Source: Geotalea daltonii FRC-32 (GTDB lineage Bacteria > Desulfobacterota > Desulfuromonadia > Geobacterales > Geobacteraceae). From it: a stretch of 32,000 bases of DNA. Both the position numbers and the translations under genes were made by a program. Shown here piece after piece: positions 27,670-32,000 of this stretch. How positions within the stretch are numbered: position 1 is the stretch's first letter; every line of letters starts with the position of its first letter. The stretch covers positions 2,310,001 to 2,342,000 of the forward strand of contig NC_011979.1 in assembly GCF_000022265.1 (NCBI RefSeq). Direction: 5' to 3'. Under the pieces are notes generated by a model. That model had not been told where the DNA came from. It searched no databases and saw nothing but the letters and a program-made list of their open reading frames with translations.

Positions 27670-27725
27670 CCTTGCCCTCTCCCAGGGGGAGAGGGCAAGG
27701 AGTACTCTCCCCCAGAGGGGGAGAG
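27670..27725. repeat. Two perfect GC-rich palindromic hairpins (14-bp and 9-bp stems)
   Basis: CCTTGCCCTCTCCC (27670-27683) pairs with GGGAGAGGGCAAGG (27687-27700). CTCTCCCCC (27705-27713) pairs with GGGGGAGAG (27717-27725). They are preceded by CCCTCAC, the reverse complement of a GTGAGGG heptad. Confidence 0.9.
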
Positions 27726-27752
27726 ATAGAGAGAGGGCTGCCTGAGATATCC

Positions 27753-29045
27753 ATGATCATTTTCCTTTATAACCTGCTGGCCGTTATATCCATCCCCTTT
27801 GTCGTATCCTACCACCTCTACCGCTCCATTTCCCGTGGCAGAAAAACGGCATTCACAGAACGTTTCGGCTTTATCCCGGCCTCCGAACTTAAGACACTTG
27901 CCGGTAGCGAGGTGATCTGGCTGCATGCGGTTTCGGTCGGGGAAACGATCGCCGCGGTGCCGCTGGTGAAGGCGCTGCGTCAACGCTATCCCCGGAAGAA
28001 AATTGTCGTTTCCAACGTTACCGAAACGGGGCGGGAAGTTGCCCAGAAGATAGCCGGCGTCGATCTCTGCATTTATTTTCCCTTCGATTATCCATTTGCC
28101 GTGGCCAGGGCGCTGAACAGGGTCAGGCCCTCACTGGTGCTCATCATGGAGACGGAGATCTGGCCCAATTTCATCCGCAAGGCCCGGGCTCTCCATATCC
28201 CGGTAGTGCTGGTCAACGGGCGCATTTCCGACCGGTCCTTCCGGCGCTATTTGAAGCTTTCCTGGTTCTTCGGCCCGGTTTTGAGGCTGCTGAGCGCCAT
28301 CTGCATGCAAAGCGGCGAGGACGCCCGCCGCATCCAAGCCGTCGGTGCGCTGCCCGCCCAGGTGCAGGTGACCCGGAACCTGAAATACGATATTTCCGTA
28401 CCAACCCATTCAGTGCCCGAGCGTGAGCAAATAAAAGCTCGCTACTGTCTGCCCGGCGATGTCCTTGTTTTTACCGCCGGCAGCACCCATGAAGGGGAGG
28501 AAGCGGCTGTGATCGCCGCTTACAAGGCTGCAAAGACAGTGGACAATGGGGTAATTATGGTGCTGGCTCCTCGCCATCCTGAGCGAGCCAGGCAGGTGGC
28601 CGGGCTTCTGGCTGCCGCAGGGATTTCTTATCGCTTCCGTTCAGCTCTCCATGAAAACGAGGGTGCCCTTGCCGCGGGCGAGGTCCTGCTGGTGGACACG
28701 ATCGGCGAGCTGCTGAACCTTTATGCCGTGTCCGATGTGGTCTTTGTGGGGGGGAGTCTGGTGCCGACGGGTGGGCATAACGTCCTTGAACCTGCCGCCT
28801 TAAGTGTACCGGTCATCTTCGGCCCCCACATGGACAACTTTCGGGAAATATCGGCACTGGTGCTGGCCGGCCGTGCCGGCATCCGGGTGGCTGACGGAGA
28901 TGAGCTTGCCGCGCAGCTGCAGGCCCTGCTGAAAGACAATGACCGGCGGCGGCAGATGGGAACCTGCGGAGCCAAGCTCATTGCGGAAAACAGCGGGTCT
29001 GCAGACCTGCATTGTGCGGTCATTCAAGAGACCTGTGATTGGTGA
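27753..29045 (+). CDS. waaA: 3-deoxy-D-manno-octulosonic acid (Kdo) transferase
   Basis: ORF 27672-29045 trimmed to ATG 27753 because the upstream part is a translation of the palindromes. It is 430 aa, with an N-terminal TM helix and the WLHAVSVGE motif typical of WaaA/KdtA. The last codons and the stop lie in the heptad array. Confidence 0.9.
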   Translation: MIIFLYNLLAVISIPFVVSYHLYRSISRGRKTAFTERFGFIPASELKTLAGSEVIWLHAVSVGETIAAVPLVKALRQRYPRKKIVVSNVTETGREVAQKIAGVDLCIYFPFDYPFAVARALNRVRPSLVLIMETEIWPNFIRKARALHIPVVLVNGRISDRSFRRYLKLSWFFGPVLRLLSAICMQSGEDARRIQAVGALPAQVQVTRNLKYDISVPTHSVPEREQIKARYCLPGDVLVFTAGSTHEGEEAAVIAAYKAAKTVDNGVIMVLAPRHPERARQVAGLLAAAGISYRFRSALHENEGALAAGEVLLVDTIGELLNLYAVSDVVFVGGSLVPTGGHNVLEPAALSVPVIFGPHMDNFREISALVLAGRAGIRVADGDELAAQLQALLKDNDRRRQMGTCGAKLIAENSGSADLHCAVIQETCDW

Positions 29046-29076
29046 TTGGTGATTGGTGAGGAGTGAGGAGTGAGGT
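29035..29076. repeat. Heptanucleotide tandem array: GTGATTG x3, GTGAGGA x2, GTGAGGT x1
   Basis: Read directly from the sequence. The unit order matches the array at 26687-26749. The waaA stop TGA (29043-29045) lies in unit 2. Confidence 0.95.
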
Positions 29077-29080
29077 TAAA

Positions 29081-29143
29081 ACTTCGAACTTCGAACATAG
29101 AACATAGAACCTCAAACATAGAACTTCAAACATAGAACATGAA
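29081..29143. repeat. Heptanucleotide tandem array of AC-T/A-rich units: ACTTCGA x2, ACATAGA x2, ACCTCAA, ACATAGA, ACTTCAA, ACATAGA, ACATGAA
   Basis: Read directly from the sequence: 9 units in exact phase. The lpxK ATG (29139-29141) lies inside the last unit. Confidence 0.95.
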
Positions 29144-30221
29144 AAACGATCTGGAAAGATATTACAAGGAGTTGGTGGAGGGGAGAAAAAGGGGCTTCGC
29201 TGACCGATGCCTGCTTGCGTTTCTCATCGGCTGCTCCTTTGTTTATGCCCTTGTCATGCGCCTGAGGGCTATTGCTTATGCAGCGGGATTGTTGCCGGTG
29301 CGGCGGCTGGACCGGCCGGTCATAGCTGTCGGCAACCTGGTTGCAGGAGGGACCGGCAAGACTCCCACGGTTGCATGGCTGGCACGCCGGCTGATGGCAC
29401 AGGGCAAGCGGGTAGCGGTGCTTTCCCGTGGTTACGGCGGTGCCTTTGCCGGGGCCGTTCATCTTGTCTCCGATGGTGTGGCCCTCCATGCAACAGCCGA
29501 AGAGGCCGGTGACGAGCCGCTGCTGCTCGCCCGGTCCATCCCCGGAATTATCGTTGTCGTTGGCGCAGACCGCTACCAGGCGGGGCTCCTTGCTCGGGAG
29601 CGTTGCAATCCCGATGCCTACATCCTCGACGACGGTTTTCAGCACATGGGGTTGCATCGGGACCTGAACATCCTGCTCATGGATTGCGAGAGGCCGTTGG
29701 TCAACGGCAGGACCTTTCCGGCAGGGCTTTTGCGGGAACCGGCATCAGCCCACAGGCGCGCCGACCTTATTGTTCTTACCCGATGCACAGGAAACGAAGT
29801 AAGGTTACCCTTTGCCACGGATGAACCGGTTTGCCGTTCAAGCCATGAACTTTCGGGGTATGTGCCCCTGGCGGGAGGAGCTCTGCGCCCGTTCAGCGAC
29901 CTGGATGGGAAAAGGGGGGTGGCCTTCGCCGGCATTGCCGATCCGGCCGCCTTTTTCGATTCTCTGGAAAAAAGTGGGAACCATCCGGTGGCCACACTGG
30001 CCTTTCCCGATCACTCGGGTTACGGGGAGGAGGAAATCGCCGCCCTTTCCCGGCTTGTGGCTGCTTCCCGCTCCGAATATCTCATAACGACCGAAAAAGA
30101 TGCCGTCAAACTCCATTCCCATATCTCCAGGCTGGGAAACGTTTATGTGACTCCGCTGGAGCTGCGTTTTTCCGACCCCCAAATTTTGGAAGCTCAGCTG
30201 GACACCCTCTTCAGGAGGTAA
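29139..30221 (+). CDS. lpxK: Tetraacyldisaccharide 4'-kinase
   Basis: 360-aa ORF with an N-terminal hydrophobic segment and the P-loop [13 protein letters not shown]. An in-frame TAG at 29133-29135 fixes the start at 29139. No SD is visible upstream. Confidence 0.9.
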   Translation: MKNDLERYYKELVEGRKRGFADRCLLAFLIGCSFVYALVMRLRAIAYAAGLLPVRRLDRPVIAVGNLVAGGTGKTPTVAWLARRLMAQGKRVAVLSRGYGGAFAGAVHLVSDGVALHATAEEAGDEPLLLARSIPGIIVVVGADRYQAGLLARERCNPDAYILDDGFQHMGLHRDLNILLMDCERPLVNGRTFPAGLLREPASAHRRADLIVLTRCTGNEVRLPFATDEPVCRSSHELSGYVPLAGGALRPFSDLDGKRGVAFAGIADPAAFFDSLEKSGNHPVATLAFPDHSGYGEEEIAALSRLVAASRSEYLITTEKDAVKLHSHISRLGNVYVTPLELRFSDPQILEAQLDTLFRR

Positions 30222-30227
30222 ATTTTG

Positions 30228-30398
30228 ATGACAATTTCCCAAGAGCTGCTCAGTATTCTCGCCTGTCCGAACTGCAAGGGTGAGCTTGTTCTTTTGGCCG
30301 ACGGTTCCGGCCTGGTCTGCGAAGCTTGCCGCCTCAGGTATCCCGTTCGTGACGGCATACCGGTGATGCTGGTGGACGAGGCGGAGAAGCTGGATTAA
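30228..30398 (+). CDS. Trm112/YcaR-like small zinc-ribbon protein (UPF0434)
   Basis: Too short for the ORF track. AGGAGG (30213-30218) lies 9 nt before the ATG. The product is [56 protein letters not shown] (56 aa). The CPxC...CxxC pattern plus the DGIPVML tail is typical of this family, and the position after lpxK matches the E. coli lpxK-ycaR order. Confidence 0.8.
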   Translation: MTISQELLSILACPNCKGELVLLADGSGLVCEACRLRYPVRDGIPVMLVDEAEKLD

Positions 30399-30431
30399 CG
30401 GCTGAAACAATTGAATTATTGAAGGAAGTAC

Positions 30432-31625
30432 ATGAAAACAAAGATTATTGCGGTCGTGGTTGTTTTAGCCCTTGCGGTTCTGGCGGCTGTCTTCATACCC
30501 AGGAAACCACCGGCATCCGACTATCGCCTGGCAAAGGTCGAGAAAGGATCGATCGTCTCCAATGTATCGGCAACCGGCACCCTTGCCGCAGTTGTTACGG
30601 TGCAAGTGGGTACCCAGGTTTCCGGTACCATCAGCAGACTTTTTGTCGACTTCAACTCGCCGGTGAAGAAGGGGCAGGCCATCGCCCAGATAGATCCTGC
30701 CCTCTTCAGTGCCAGAGTCGAAGAATCCAGGGGCAACTACATCAGCGCCCAGGCTAATCTTGACAGAGCAAAGGCCGAAATGGTGGACGCCAGGAGGGCT
30801 CTGGAGCGTAACCGCCAGTTGATCAAGGATGGCATCCTGGCCCAGAGTGAATTCGACACGGCCGATACCAGATATAAGCAGGCCCTGGCAGCAGTAAAGG
30901 CTGCCGAGGGCAGCATTTCCCAGACCCGCGGATCTTACAGCCAAGCCCAAACGAACCTGAAATATGCCACCATTACCTCGCCTGTGGATGGAATCGTCGT
31001 TTCCCGCAACGTGGATGTGGGCCAGACTGTTGCCGCCTCGTTCCAGACACCCACCCTGTTCACCATCGCCCAGGATCTTACAAATATGAAGATCGACACC
31101 AGTGTCGACGAGGCCGATATCAGCAGGGTCATGGTCGGTCAGCCGGTAACCTTCACCGTTGATTCCTACCCCAAGAACAATTTTCCCGGCAAGGTTACCC
31201 AGATCCGGAATGCGCCGATCATCAACCAGAATGTCGTCACCTACACGGTGGTGATCGGTGTGGACAACAAGGAACTCAAGCTGAAACCTGGAATGACTGC
31301 CAATGTTACCATCGAGACGGCGCGCAAGGATGATGTATTGAAAATTCCTTCTGCCGCCCTTCGTTTCAAGCCTAAATCTGCAAAAGAGGCCAAAGGAAAG
31401 CCTGACGGAAAGGGTGCGGGCAAAAAGAAAAGAGAAGGCGGCCCGGTGGTATATGTCCTTGGCCCTGAAAAAGAGCCGGTGCCGGTTTCTGTCGTGACAG
31501 GTATCGGTAATTCCGGCCATGTGGAGCTGGTGCAAGGCAACCTCAAGGAGAACGATGAGGTGATAATCGAGCAAGTTTCGACAAAGAAGAAAGCGAACGG
31601 GGGCGCCGGCTCGATGCCCATGTGA
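30432..31625 (+). CDS. Efflux transporter periplasmic adaptor subunit (HlyD/MacA family)
   Basis: 397-aa ORF with an N-terminal anchor helix, a lipoyl/coiled-coil hairpin region (QANLDRAKAE...YKQALAAVKAAEG) and beta-barrel blocks (ITSPVDGIVVSRNVDVGQTV). An ABC ATPase follows. Confidence 0.85.
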   Translation: MKTKIIAVVVVLALAVLAAVFIPRKPPASDYRLAKVEKGSIVSNVSATGTLAAVVTVQVGTQVSGTISRLFVDFNSPVKKGQAIAQIDPALFSARVEESRGNYISAQANLDRAKAEMVDARRALERNRQLIKDGILAQSEFDTADTRYKQALAAVKAAEGSISQTRGSYSQAQTNLKYATITSPVDGIVVSRNVDVGQTVAASFQTPTLFTIAQDLTNMKIDTSVDEADISRVMVGQPVTFTVDSYPKNNFPGKVTQIRNAPIINQNVVTYTVVIGVDNKELKLKPGMTANVTIETARKDDVLKIPSAALRFKPKSAKEAKGKPDGKGAGKKKREGGPVVYVLGPEKEPVPVSVVTGIGNSGHVELVQGNLKENDEVIIEQVSTKKKANGGAGSMPM

Positions 31626-31668
31626 TGGCAACTGTTATCCACAGGTTCCCAAAGGTTCTTTCCAAGAT

Positions 31669-32000
31669 ATGAACGATGTGGTCAAGGTCAGCAATGTGAC
31701 CAAGATATACAGTGTCGGCGAACAGCGGGTAGAGGCGCTCAAGGGTGTTTCCCTGACCGTCGTTCAGGGCGAATTCGTCGCTATCATGGGGGCTTCCGGC
31801 AGCGGAAAATCCACCTGCATGAATATCCTCGGCTGCCTTGATGTCCCTACCTCCGGCGAATATCTGCTGGATGGAATAAGCATCGGCAAGCTCTCCGGAA
31901 ACGATCTGGCCGAGATCAGGAACAGGAAGCTGGGCTTTGTTTTCCAGGGATTCAACCTGTTATCGCGTACCACTGCCCGGGAAAATGTTGAATTGCCGCT
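31669..32000 (+). CDS. MacB/LolD-type ABC transporter ATP-binding protein (3' end outside window)
   Basis: Manual translation from ATG 31669 gives MNDVVKVSNVTKIYSVGEQRVEALKGVSLTVVQGEFVAIMGASGSGKSTCMNILGCLDVPTSGEYLLDG...FVFQGFNLL. Walker A is present and the frame is open to the end of the window. Confidence 0.85.
   Translation, partial: MNDVVKVSNVTKIYSVGEQRVEALKGVSLTVVQGEFVAIMGASGSGKSTCMNILGCLDVPTSGEYLLDGISIGKLSGNDLAEIRNRKLGFVFQGFNLLSRTTARENVELP

Noticed and set aside
21262-29143. Whether the tandem arrays could be a CRISPR array or part of one.
   Set aside because: The units are 7 nt, directly abutting, with no unique spacers. No cas genes are present and there is no leader. They are microsatellite-like arrays, not CRISPR.
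21399-30221. Absence of lpxC, lpxH/lpxI/lpxG and kdsB from an otherwise near-complete lipid A cluster, as a possible sign of an alternative pathway.
   Set aside because: These genes are commonly encoded elsewhere in the chromosome. Their absence from one 32-kb window says nothing about the genome.

Overview
This 32-kb chromosomal window has the gene content and order of a Gram-negative deltaproteobacterium of the Desulfuromonadales/Geobacter type (the taxonomic guess is inference only). It holds about 27 protein genes, nearly all housekeeping. On the minus strand are two M16 peptidase genes and a GAF/HD-GYP gene. These are followed by a membrane metallophosphoesterase, bioF-bioH-bioC, hisI-hisG, ettA (minus), lysS and lolC-lolD. 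Next comes a long outer-membrane/lipid A block: bamA-skp-lpxD-fabZ-lpxA-lpxB-msbA-(LpxL-family)-waaA-lpxK-(Trm112/YcaR-like). A macA/macB-type efflux pair then runs off the window. The only clearly accessory stretch is about 9.8-13.0 kb, between hisG and ettA. It contains a GEMM-I-type cyclic-dinucleotide riboswitch with its own promoter and terminator platform, and a 21-codon PPP-ending leader ORF joined by an ATGA overlap to an orphan 186-aa gene. It also contains a decayed gene remnant, a GrpB-family gene, a MITE-like repeat and a TraB/GumN gene. There are two non-coding oddities. First, there are two copies of a 140-160-bp element with 16-bp terminal inverted repeats, one of which supplies the bioF stop codon. 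Second, heptanucleotide tandem arrays (GTGAAGA, GTGATTG, GTGAGGA, ACATAGA and variants) plus CCCTCTCCC/GGGAGAGGG palindromes fill four of the intergenic spacers of the lipid A cluster and include the waaA stop and the lpxK start codon. I saw no rRNA, tRNA, CRISPR array or intact transposase, and no multi-gene defence-like system. The riboswitch-leader-orphan cassette and the heptad arrays are the best candidates for something undescribed.
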